In this document: positions 11,452-23,598 of the stretch, piece after piece
Numbering within the stretch: the first letter of the stretch is position 1
How the letters are laid out: every line of letters starts with the position of its first letter
Source of the DNA: Octopus bimaculoides
Taxonomy: Eukaryota
Reading direction: 5' to 3'
Length of the DNA stretch: 64,000 bases
Assembly (NCBI RefSeq): GCF_001194135.2
Contig: NC_068991.1
Span: 60,853,880-60,917,879 of the forward strand
The notes under the pieces: model-generated
The model's input: the letters and a program-made list of their open reading frames with translations, nothing else
Database searches by the model: none
What the model was told of the DNA's origin: nothing
Program-made: the position numbers and the translations under genes

Positions 11452-12436
11452 GCAGTAGATAAATAGGAAGCAGCAGTTGTTGAATTTGAACTCATGGGTT
11501 TTGTTTCTAAGAATTTTGTGTAAGCTTTACATAATTTCTTATAAGTCTTTCATCTTGCAGAATAAGTTAGAAATCCTCATATCAGAATGTCTGCAACAGC
11601 AATAATAAAGTGTAGGTAATAGGCAGTAAGTTCTTAAATTCTTATGTATATTTAATCATATTTACCTGGATTATATATTTCATATGATGTCTAACTTTTT
11701 AGAAGTCATATATGATGTTGGGGTGATTTAAGAAATTAAGGAAAAAGGAAATATCGAAAAATCAAACAAATTCAACACACACACACGTGCACACACATGT
11801 GCATATATTCTTTAAGTTATTTCAGAATTCTGCCAATCGTGTTATCAAGTATTGGGTGATGGAATCAGTTTGCTAAAAGCCTCTCATCATGATAATCACT
11901 GTAATTATGAAATATTAAAAACAAGGCAGAAATAGATAGAAAAAAAAAAAGAAAACCAAAATAAATCATGATACAACAAACAAACTTAGCAAAAAGGAGA
12001 AATAAAGAAAGACAAGATAAACGAAAATAGAAATGAAGGCTGGATGAAACGTTGAGTTTAAAAGAAAATTTGTCAAAATTATCTTTGAACTGTTGAAGCC
12101 CATAATTTTGATTTGGAAGTTCCAACTGTGAATAGCATCTTCTGTATCTTCCTGTTGTTTTATAAATAGGTATGAATGATAATCAAAAAGGTGCACAACA
12201 CCTACCTCATTAGAAGCTAATAGTAAAAATGACTAGAATTAGACAGCTACCATTATTAACAGTTCATTGAGTACCCTTAGCCTGATATTTAATGTCTGCC
12301 TTGTAGACAGTTGCTGAAGCATCCAGTTGTATTTAGAGATGGTAAATCTGTTGCATGCGCATGTGTGTGTGTGCTTGCAAGGAAATGATAATCGTCCAAC
12401 CCATGCTAGCATGGAAGGTGGACATTAAACAATGAT

Positions 12437-12501
<65 letters not shown>

Positions 12502-12688
12502 AATATATGAGTATATGCATATATATGTACATGTATGTCTATACGTTCATCTACATGTACATATAGATACATAACTGGGTACATGACGTGGCAAAAGAAC
12601 AAGGACAAAATGGTAAACAAGGTGCAACAAACAAGCAGGCCACATAGAAACATCCCCTTCATCAGCTGCCACCATTAAAACTCCGGCC

Positions 12689-13020
12689 ATCATCATCATC
12701 GTTTAACGTCCTCTTTTCATGCTAGCATGTGTTAGACGATTTGACTGAGGACTGGTGAAACCAGATGGCTACACTAGCCTCCAATCTGATTTGACAGAGT
12801 TTTTACAGCTGGATGCCCTTCCTAACGCCAACCACTCAGAGAGTGTAGTGGGTGCTTTTATGTGCCACCGGCACAAAGGCCAGTCAGGCAATACTGGCAC
12901 AAAGGCCAGTCAGGCAATACTGGCAATGGCCACACTCAAAATAGTGTATTTTATGTGCCACCCACATAAGAGCCAGTCCAGGGGCACTGGCAACGATCTT
13001 GCTCGAAAATCCTTACACAA
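12689..13020 (-). mobile_element. RTE-tailed SINE (family C) with internal repeat modules
   Basis: Collinear with 2818-3178, including the GCCAGT...ACTGGC modules. Confidence 0.8.
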
Positions 13021-14994
13021 GAAAAAAAAAAACATTTAAAGCCCATCTGACTGAAACAAAAGTATAATTTTAAATATTCCGAGAAAGAAACATGTAGTAT
13101 TGCATGAAAAATATAAGGGGCAGGGATATCAAAATGTGCTAGACTGGCAAAGAGGTTTACCTCTTAAAGATGAGAGCAGCCACAGAGAGTAGTTGATGAC
13201 ATTTGATAGGTAAGCAGTAAATAAATATAGGCTGAAAAATAAATTAATTGAAAGGGATGGTTTAATATTTTGAACCTAATCCAACTTGTGAAACTTTCAG
13301 ACAGGTTGTTGACATAGAAACGTATAGAAATAATAATGATGATGATGATGATGGTGGTAAGAAGAAGAAGAAGAAATAAAGAAACAACAACAACAACGTG
13401 AAAATGAAAAATTTATTATGAAATCATTGCAGATGTGTGTAGGTAGGTATGATATTAACATACAAACATACACACATACATATACACATGCACATATATA
13501 CATACATACATACATACCCATATATATATATATATATATATANNNNNNNNNNNNNNNNNNNNNNNNNNNNNNNNNNNNNNNNNNNNNNNNNNNNNNNNNN
13601 NNNNNNNNNNNNNNNNNNNNNNNNNNNNNNNNNNNNNNNNNNNNNNNNNNNNNNNNNNNNNNNNNNNNNNNNNNNNNNNNNNNNNNNNNNNNNNNNNNNN
13701 NNNNNNNNNNNNNNNNNNNNNNNNNNNNNNNNNNNNNNNNNNNNNNNNNNNNNNNNNNNNNNNNNNNNNNNNNNNNNNNNNNNNNNNNNNNNNNNNNNNN
13801 NNNNNNNNNNNNNNNNNNNNNNNNNNNNNNNNNNNNNNNNNNNNNNNNNNNNNNNNNNNNNNNNNNNNNNNNNNNNNNNNNNNNNNNNNNNNNNNNNNNN
13901 NNNNNNNNNNNNNNNNNNNNNNNACATGTGTTTGTAGCAAAATATTTCAGTATCAACTGAAAAGTAGATGGCATCGGAAGATTACAGAATTTCAATTAAT
14001 TTTTTTGAAAAAAAAAAACACAAAAAAAATTAAAAAAACAACAACCGGTCCTTGAAATTCAGATTTCTTATTTTTGATTTTTGTAAGATTTTTTTTTTCT
14101 TTTTTTCCCCATTCTTTATTTTGTTCTTCAACAGTATTCTGCATTTAACAATGTGGAGAATTCTTCTACATGCGAAATAAATTATGTGTTTATAGACAGA
14201 AAAAAAAAAAAAGTAAAATGACCGCCACCCAACCACTGAAAAAAAAAAAAATTCAAGGCGTTTCTAGAGTATCTTATTGACAACAAAATTTAGTGAAATT
14301 TAGTTGATGTGCCTCATACACTCACTATAGGGGATAGCCAAACATACAATCTGTATTGTATATGAGATGTAGTAAAATAAAAGTTTAAAAATATGAAACA
14401 AGAGAAAAAGGTTTGGCCATTTGTAAAATGAGCCCGTGACAGTTTAAAAAAAAAATGGAAACCGTGGGAAACCTCTGGTAGAGGAGACGAAAGCTAAAGA
14501 ATTAGTAAGGGGATTGGGACCGTCTGACAAAAGAGGGTTAAGACACACAGAATGGTAACATGAGACATTTTGCATACAATATACATACATATTTATGTAT
14601 GTATATATAGCTTAATAGATAGTGAGAGGAGGAAGAAGACAAAGAGAAAGAGACCTGCATTTTCTCTCTCATGCACACACAAACATACATACTGTCCAAA
14701 TGTAAGATGTTAGAATAAAAGCAGTGATTTGCAACCATTTTTAAAGCTGGCACCATGATCAACTTTAGTGTGTTTAACAATGCTTGTTAGGATACCAGAT
14801 ATTGCCTTCTAACAATTAGAAATACTATTATTTTGTAGAAAATATTGTGACACCCCTTAGCAACATTACTGATAACCCAGAAAGTTTTAAACTTTATAAC
14901 TGAAAATTGTAAGACTTGATGGAAAAATACATTCAGTAATAATAATAATAATAACAACAACAACAAAAACAACAACAATAATACATATTTTACA

Positions 14995-15680
14995 TTGGAA
15001 AATATGTTATCACTACAAAATCGCTGAAGGTAAAATATCACTATCCTCTGAGATTTTCTAGTCAACACAGACAGAATGATCCAGGCTAATCGACCAGACA
15101 TAATTATTAAAGACAAGGAAGAAAACACTTGTAGGCTAATCAATGTAAGTGTTCCCACTGATAGAAATATATCTGTAAAGGAATTTGACAAGTGAAGTAA
15201 ATATAAGGACCTAGAAATTGAAATACAAAAGATGTGGCATCTTAAAGCGAGAACTGTTCCTGTTATTGTACGTGACCTAGGTATGATAAAAAAAGGGATG
15301 TCAGAAACACCTAGGTAAGATCCCAGGTGAAATGGAGAAACTTTCAAAATACAAAGACCTGGAAATAGAGGTAACTCGAATGTGGAATCTAAAAACAGAA
15401 ACAATTCCTATCATAGTGGGTGCCTTAGGTATAATAAAAAAATATTCAGACAAATACATAACAAAAACACCAGGACTTACAAGTATATATAACATACAGA
15501 AAATTGCACTACTGGGCACTTCACACATCCTATGCAAAACACTTTCAATACAGTAACCATAAGAGCATCACAACAAACCACAGCACATACCCAAGGCACA
15601 CAGAGCTACACTCGGTAGTGAAGTGAAAGCACGCTACAAAAATAAAACTACTGAATAATAATAATAATAATAATAATAAA
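14995..15680 (+). mobile_element. Two consecutive R4/Dong-like LINE 3' ends (RLE domain); the second has a 3' UTR and (TAA)n tail
   Basis: First copy: NRPDIIIKDKEENTCRLINVSVPTDRNIS.KEFDK.SKYKDLEIEIQKMW, with stops. Second copy: EKLSKYKDLEIEVTRMWNLKTETIPIIVGALG...LLGTSHILCKTLSIQ*, then UTR and (AAT)n. Confidence 0.85.
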
Positions 15681-16063
15681 ATGTCTAAGATGAATAGCCC
15701 AACCAGAAAAGGTACACTATTGTTAACATTATATTTTTAATGTCCACTTTTCTATGCTTGCATGGATCAGACAGAATTTGTCGAGGCAGGTTTTCTAAGG
15801 TTGGATGCCCTTCCTGTCAAGGAAGTGGCTGAATATTCCACAAATATGTTTGCCATTAATGAAATTCTCATGAAGAATCAGCATAGTGTTTCAAAACTGG
15901 CTCTTTGAATTACAGATATGGTTGTTCCAACAGACATAAACATGCACTTCCAGTCTACATAATTTCACTTACAAAATTTGGGTCGACTCAAGACTACAGT
16001 AAAAGACATTGCCTGGGATGCCACATAACAGGACCAACCTTGTGAGGAAGTAATCTTGTTAAC

Positions 16064-16111
<48 letters not shown>

Positions 16112-16229
16112 ATTTAATGACACATTATAAAGATATGAACAACTGATAGTTTCATGTTTAGTTCCAAGAAGCTTTCTGAGACAACTATAGACACACAGAC
16201 AGACAGACAGACACACACAAGCATATATT

Positions 16230-16277
<48 letters not shown>

Positions 16278-17273
16278 NNNNNNNNNNNNNNNNNNNNNNN
16301 NNNNNNNNNNNNNNNNNNNNNNNNNNNNNNNNNNNNNNNNNNNNNNNNNNNNNNNNNNNNNNNNNNNNNNNNNNNNNNNNNNNNNNNNNNNNNNNNNNNN
16401 NNNNNNNNNNNNNNNNNNNNNNNNNNNNNNNNNNNNNNNNNNNNNNNNNNNNNNNNNNNNNNNNNNNNNNNNNNNNNNNNNNNNNNNNNNNNNNNNNNNN
16501 NNNNNNNNNNNNNNNNNNNNNNNNNNNNNNNNNNNNNNNNNNNNNNNNNNNNNNNNNNNNNNNNNNNNNNNNNNNNNNNNNNNNNNNNNNNNNNNNNNNN
16601 NNNNNNNNNNNNNNNNNNNNNNNNNNNNNNNNNNNNNNNNNNNNNNNNNNNNNNNNNNNNNNNNNNNNNNNNNNNNNNNNNNNNNNNNNNNNNNNNNNNN
16701 NNNNNNNNNNNNNNNNNNNNNNNNNNNNNNNNNNNNNNNNNNNNNNNNNNNNNNNNNNNNNNNNNNNNNNNNNNNNNNNNNNNNNNNNNNNNNNNNNNNN
16801 NNTATATTTATGTACACACATACATATATATACATAGATACTCATACACATATGTACAGATGCATTTACACATACAAACATATATACACAGTATAAGAAA
16901 TAGCATCAGTTAGTTTGTGCAATCAAACAGATTGTTATTAATTCCATAATTCTATACTTTAGAAGTACGAGTGTAAAACAAACCGACAGATCCCAACAGA
17001 CTTCAGTCAAGTGTTTTTAAGGAGATATTACTGAGACAGTACATATAAAAATATAGGCACAAATACATATTTACTGAATTAGAATAAAAATTTTAAAAAA
17101 ATGCAAGGAAAAAAAGGGATACTTTTTCTTTGTATTTCTTCTTCTGCTTATTTGGTGTTGCACATACTTCTAAAGGGATTAAATGTAATTGTAGCTGAGT
17201 TGTGAAACCTATATGTAAACCATATTGATACATTGGTGCAAAAACTACACACATATATATTAGTTTAAGTATA

Positions 17274-17440
17274 CAGTATTATAGATCCATTACAGCTGAT
17301 CTTACCAATTGGTTTTGCACTGGATATTAGGTAATCAGAAAATTACCTAACAACTGTGTTCATCAGAAGTGGCAGGTATGGAAAAAAATTGTCCGATTAC
17401 CTGATGTAAAACTGACTGACATATATGGAATTCTTAGAGA
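17274..17440. mobile_element. Tc1/mariner-type MITE, partial copy
   Basis: TA-CAGTATTATAGATCCA start, homologous to the TIRs of 17808-18046. Confidence 0.6.
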
Positions 17441-17807
17441 CTATATACAAAGATATTAAGTCCAGGAACAGAATTTACAGTATTACATATATTCCTTAGT
17501 CATGTGCATTTCAACAATACCTATAATATATATATTTTTCGAGAATATAATGGTCATGTAAAAATATATTTTCCATTTATTGTTGAAGTGTGCATAAGTA
17601 AGGAATAAATGTAATTACCATAAATTCCATTCTTGGACTTAGTGTTCTATACTCCTTTAGTCTGTATGAATGGCTTCCTTTATGGAAATTGTCCACTTCT
17701 ATACACCCTATTAGCCAGTATTTGATCAAATGATGATTGAGGATCCAGCTCAGTTTTATTAATTCCTTTTTATTTGATATATATATATATATATTAAACA
17801 AAGTACA

Positions 17808-18046
17808 CAGTGTTCTAGATCCATATTAGCTGATCTTACTAATAAGTTCCACACAGGATATTAGGTAATTAGATCTAATAATTGTGCTCATCAGAGGTGT
17901 CTGATATGGAGAAAATAGCAACTGTTCTTTCTTGTTTCCATACTGACCATCTCTAATGAGCGCAGGTATTAAGATAATCTGTGTCTTACTTAATACCCTG
18001 TGCAAAACTGATTGGTAAGATTAGCTATTATGGATCTATAATACTG
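17808..18046. mobile_element. Tc1/mariner-type MITE with ~60-bp imperfect TIRs
   Basis: Left CAGTGTTCTAGATCCATATTAGCTGATCTTAC and right GTAAGATTAGCTATTATGGATCTATAATACTG followed by TA. Confidence 0.7.
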
Positions 18047-18154
18047 TATATTTTGATTAATATACCAAAATATATGAGTACATATCTTTCTGAATTATGG
18101 ATTCTAAGACAACTTTTTCTTGCTATATATATATATACACAAACACACATATAC

Positions 18155-18207
<53 letters not shown>

Positions 18208-18559
18208 TGTAAAGATATGACACTGCCAATACACATATGCATGCACCCAGAATCAATCTCAAACACCCATGGCCTCTTATAATCAAAGAATGGCATCAAC
18301 TAGAGACAAATAAATTTGAGTAGAGTTCAACACAACTGAGAGAAGTTTAGAAAGAAAGGTAGTCATGTGGGGAGGAGGTGATGGTAGNNNNNNNNNNNNN
18401 NNNNNNNNNNNNNNNNNNNNNNNNNNNNNNNNNNNNNNNNNNNNNAGGAGGTGTGGAGCATGGAAGGGATTTGAAATAAAATAAAATAAAATAAAATAAA
18501 ATGTACCAGACACCCATTTATCAAAAATTATCTACCAAAGTCTTTTCTTCTCAAATGGT

Positions 18560-19392
18560 TTATAATTTCAGAAATGTCCTAGGGTTATATCTGATATGAA
18601 TTCTTCGTTTTTTGATAAATCTATACATAAGTAAAAGTAAAACAGTTATTATGAAAACTACTGTAATTAAAATAATTCCTGTCGGTGAGGAATTATTTCC
18701 AAAAGTCTCTTGGTTTTCCTGCGAAGATCGTCCATGAAAACCAGAGTTACGTGCAATTCGAGGTAAAATTTGTTTCTTGTCAGGTGCCAAATTTTGCAAG
18801 AATTTTTGTTGCTTGTTTATTTTTTCCTGACGTGCGGTATCTTCTTCATTTTCATCATAGTAAGTGTAGTCACCATCTTCATCTTCCTCATCTAGGCTGT
18901 CGTCATCATAACCGTCACCATTTTCATCCAAGGCTTTCAATGATTCTTTATTATTGCCAAAATGGACCACTTTCTTGTCTCTGTAATTTTCATTCAGAAA
19001 CTTATCATTTTCATACTCTTCATAGTCATCTTCCTGGACGCCGTCTTTTTTATTATCTCTGTCTATTCCCATGTCTCCAAGAACTGGTTCTTGGAAGCTT
19101 TTCTTAATGACAGTTTCTTGTTGGACAAAGGAACTGGAATCAACACCCAATGGTACTGGTTTCTGTTCATTGGGAAAAACTGGCTGAACCTTCTTTAACT
19201 GGCCAGGCTGAAGTATTGGAGGCAAGGAATTGGTGGTGGTTTTTGAAGCAGTATTTAACAAAAGACGCTGGTTCACTGAATGCCAAACAGTATCAGAATG
19301 GTTCAGCTGATCCAGACTGTGGTGAAGCAAGAAGTTTAAGTAAATCACCAAAGCTCCACTGGCAACAGCAGTCTTGTGACTCAGACAGCCAC
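18560..19392 (-). CDS. C16orf89: C16orf89-family terminal coding exon (833 nt): end of conserved domain, acidic stalk, TM helix, short basic tail, stop
   Basis: Acceptor ctctttgtag|GT. Translates (G)GCLSHKTAVASGALVIYL (recalled human DGCSSHNTATAVAALGGFL). The frame stays open through a D/E-rich region to GIILITVVFIITVLLLLMY-RFIKKRR...FLKL-TAA. Confidence 0.9.
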
Positions 19393-20015
19393 CTACAAAG
19401 AGAAAAATGACATTTAAGTACCATTATTGCATAGAGACAGGAAATAGTTTTAAGTAAATAGTTATGAAGTGTGCATATGTACAGATTTGTGTTTGTGTAT
19501 ACATTTATAGAGTTGTATGTACAGGGATGTTGTTGTTGCATAGATGTTACTTAGATGCATATAGATGTGTGTGCGTAGATGGCTTGGGAAGGACCTTTGG
19601 ATCATTTGATGGAGGCAAGTGGCTTAATGACTAAGGTATAGCACTCATAATCACATGATTATCATTTCACTTCCTTGACTGGACAATGTGCTGAGTTCTT
19701 GAGCAAGGTATTTCATTTCACATTGTTCTAGTCCTCTTAGCTGACAAAAATGCATTATCCTGTAATGGTCTGATATCCCATCTAGTGGGGAGTAGATGCA
19801 CCACAGAATCTGGGAAACCAGACTTATGAGCCTATGGCACAGGAAGGACCTTTCATCCTTTTTTGAAATATTGTATAACTGCAATGTTGAACTGAAGCTC
19901 CTCTATGAGCCACTGATAATTACTGAGATAAACCCTATTAATGGCACTGGAATCCAAAACATACCAATATATATCATCCAAACTATTTGTATTCTAGTTA
20001 AGTAACTACTACTAC

Positions 20016-20076
<61 letters not shown>

Positions 20077-20089
20077 GTTGTTGTTATTG

Positions 20090-20302
20090 AGGTGGCGAGC
20101 TGACAAAATTGTTAGCATGCCAAGCAAAATGCTTAGTGATGTTTTGGTCTGTCTTCATGTTCTGAGTTCAAATTCCACTGAGGTCGATTTTGCCTTTTAT
20201 CCTTTCAGGGTCAATAAAATAAGCACTGGGGTCGATGTAATCGACATCTACCTACTCCTCTGAAATTGCTGGCCTTGTGCCAAAATTTGAAACCACTATT
20301 AT
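20090..20302 (+). mobile_element. tRNA-derived SINE (family A) directly after (ATT)n
   Basis: GGTGGCGAGCTG head, B-box GAGTTCAAATTCC, and tail GGCCTTGTGCCAAAATTTGAAACC. Confidence 0.8.
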
Positions 20303-20652
20303 AAATATAATTTTTAACTATAAATATGTCTAATTTAAAAAATATGGAGCTTAATGATGGTTAAACAATGTTAATATTTATGTCATAAGAATATAGAAAC
20401 TTCGAGAGATGAAATAAATCAAGTTCTTTTTTTTTAACAGTGGAACTAGAAGTAGTTAAAGTTATAAATAATCCTTTCTATTACAGGTACAAAACCCGAA
20501 CTTTTGGGGGTTGGAGCTAGTCAATTACATCGACCCCCGTGCTCAACTGGTACTTATTTCAATGCCCCTGGAAGGATGAAAGGCAAAGTCAACCATGGCA
20601 GAATTTGAACTCAGGACATAAATAAGAATGAAATGCTACTTAGTAGTTTGTT

Positions 20653-21124
20653 CTTAATGTTACTACCATTGCCATCTTAGACAGCTGACCCAAGAACAGG
20701 GGTTTCTATCACCTTTCACATTAAGCTTTAAGGGATGCTTGAAGAATGGGACAAAGGTTTGTTGGACAAATAAAATGAGCACTAAACATTTTCAACCAGA
20801 TGTGGCTGAGTGGTTGAGAAGCTTGCTTCCCAGCCATGTGGTCATCTGTGAAAAATGTGTCTGGCCATGGGAAATACTAACTTACTTGGAAACAAATCTA
20901 TTGGCAACAGGAAGGGCATCCAGCCTTAGAATAATTTGCCTCAACAAATTCTATCTGACTCATGCCANNNNNNNNNNTGGCAACAGGAAGGGCATCCAGC
21001 CTTAGAATAATTTGCCTCAACAAATTCTATCTGACTCATGCCAGCACGGTAAAGTGGACGTTAAATGTTGATGACAATAATGATGATAAATACATAGTAC
21101 TGAGGCACTGTTTTACAGTTGGGT
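20653..21124 (+). repeat. ~400-bp local duplication of 27194-27591, inserted in a family-A SINE
   Basis: By-eye alignment shows about 11 substitutions and one 2-bp indel. Flanked by a 103-bp direct repeat (20549-20651 and 21122-21224). Contains a 10-N gap with an overlap artefact. Confidence 0.85.
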
Positions 21125-21585
21125 ACTTAGTTCATTGCCCCTGGAAGGATGAAAGACAATGTCAACCTTGGCAGAATTTGAACTCAGGACATAAAGAAGA
21201 ATGAAATGCTACTTAGCAGTTTGTCCAACATGCTTATGATTCTGCTGGCTCGGTATAGATAATAGCATGTAAATATTGGGTTCAAAAACCTTTAGGTGGA
21301 AAATGTTGAAGGCCTCTTGTGGGACTTGAACCTATGTCTTTTGTAAACATGAAAAATGTTCTACCATTCTACCAAAGCAATCCTTTAAATTTCTCCATCA
21401 ATTTTAGGTGTGTTCTTACTAGTGGCGTTGTATGTTGTCTACATCATAAGAATTTAGAAATTTGGAAAATTCAAGAGAGATAAAATAAATCTTTTTTTTT
21501 TTATTTCTTGTCTTAATTCAGTGTTATCATTATCATTTAATAATATCATTTAAGCAATGTAAATTTGGTGAAATAAGACTTGGAG

Positions 21586-21666
21586 TTAGATAATTCCACA
21601 GCAAGACAAAGAATTAGACAATTCCACAATAAGCCAAAGAATTAGATAATTCCACAGCAAGCCAAA
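21586..21666. repeat. 28-bp tandem repeat, ~3 copies
   Basis: TTAGATAATTCCACAGCAAGACAAAGAA-type unit, repeated directly. Confidence 0.85.
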
Positions 21667-23598
21667 TCCATTGCTTGATTTTGATTCTGAGACTTTGATA
21701 TTTCAATTTACTTCATGAGCCAAAAAGGGAGCCTCCATATGGACACTGAAACTGCTAGAGATAGCAACCAAATCATTTTTGAATTACATTCTACCAGCTT
21801 AGAAAAGAAGACACATTGGATAATGTTGTCCTAGAGATACCTTCTGTGAATGAAAGATGGAATGGTCATGGACGGGACGTTTTTGATCATAGGCCTATAT
21901 ACCACTAAGCATTCACTTCAGTTATGTTAGGAAAGGATCAATACTACATAATCTTTGCCTCTCCTCATTGAAAACTTATGCCTATATAAGGTGAATCAGT
22001 GACATGGTTATTGTCTATCAGGCAAAGCAGGGAAGTGACCGAGTAATTAGAGTTTTGGATAAAATACCTGTAGTGTTTGTTCTTAATCTTTGTGCTCTGA
22101 GTTCAAATTCTGCCATGATCAACTTTACCATTCATCCTTTCAGAATTGATAAAAAAAAGTACCAATCCAGATTGGTGAATTGATGGAACAATTAGAAAGT
22201 TGAGCAAAATGTGGGATCTGTTTTGGCTCTTTTCATTCTGATAGCAACACCTGTGGTGACACTGATGCCAAGTTGTATTGGTATAAGTTTGGCTGTCTTT
22301 TCTTTTGAATGACATTGGTGGTATGGGGAAGGGAAACTTGCATGCATGAACAACAACCAGGTGCCGCTGCTGCCACCACCACTACCATCATCGTTTTAAT
22401 GTTCACTTTTCCATGTTTGCATGAGCTGGGCAGGATTTGTTGATACAGATTTTCTACGGCCAGATGTCTTTCCTGTTGCCAACCCTTACCTCTATCCAGG
22501 CAAGGTAATACATCTTCCTGGCCAGACATGTTTTTGCAGACTATTCAAATTGAATGACATTGCCTGTATGGCAGTGATACTATCATTTACAACTATCATG
22601 CAGTATGAAAGTAAGCACACACCATGGGCTTCTTTCAGTTTCCATCATCTAAATCCACTCAAAAGGCCTCGTCAGCCTGGGACTATAATAGAAGATACCA
22701 AGGTACATAGTGAGACTGAACCTAAAGCCATGTGATTGGGAAGCAAACTTCTTAATTACACAATCATGCCAGTTTTCCTCAAAAAAATCTTACCTAGGCT
22801 TGCAGCTGAATAGTTATCCTTGACTGATAGAGGCCCCAGCATGGCTATAACTCTCAAGCCGAAACTAGCCAAAGAGTAAAAGGGCACAATATTCTCAGGT
22901 ATAAAGTTGTTCCCTACCACACTCTGGGGTTAATAGTCTTGCAAACTGCATGTTGGCCTCACTAGTGTTGGCAGCATGAGTTAACAGCACCCACTGCATG
23001 CTGTGAAGCATTTAGCATTCGAAGAGCATCCAGCTATCGAATCCATGTGAAAGCAGACACACTGGAGCATAATGTAGTCCTTGAGCCCATCAGATTCTAT
23101 TAAACTGTTCAACCTATGGCAGCATGGGATATGGATGTTAAATGATAATGAGAAGAAGAAGAAGAAGAAGGAAGAGGAAACAGCACCAGGAAGATGAAGG
23201 CAGCAGCAGAGGCAGCAGTGATGATGATGATGATGATGATGTCAGATATAAAATAGTTCTAACTGTAAAATGCTCAGAAACAAGACATCACCAATTTTGA
23301 GATAATTCAGAGAAAATTTGTTGGACAATTTTTTACAGTTATTCTCTCATCCAATTCTATAAATCTGGACATTCACATAAATAAATGAAGCAGCATGCAT
23401 CAAAAATTCCACACCTCAGCTACTCAACTCTGAAGGAATTCATCTGTTTTCCTTAAGGTTTTGAGGAAAAGGTTTTAAATGCATAATGTAAGGAAGTGAT
23501 GGATTACCTATAAAACTGCCTTGATTTCATAGGTAAATGAGAAGTTAAGTGAGATAAATGAAATACTATCTGGAATCTGAAATTGGATAACATGGTCT

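Noticed and set aside
14316-14332. ATACACTCACTATAGGG, one base short of the T7 promoter core
   Set aside because: It is a single imperfect match with no adjoining vector sequence, most likely chance.
14030-14540. Possible piggyBac-like element ending AAAAGAGGG-TTAA at ~14540
   Set aside because: Only one terminus is visible and no matching left end or coding remnant was found. The other end may be in the 13543-13923 gap.
20978-21045. Exact ~65-bp repeat on both sides of the 10-N gap
   Set aside because: It is absent from the homologous copy at 27194-27591 and is typical of unmerged contig overlap, so it is an assembly artefact.
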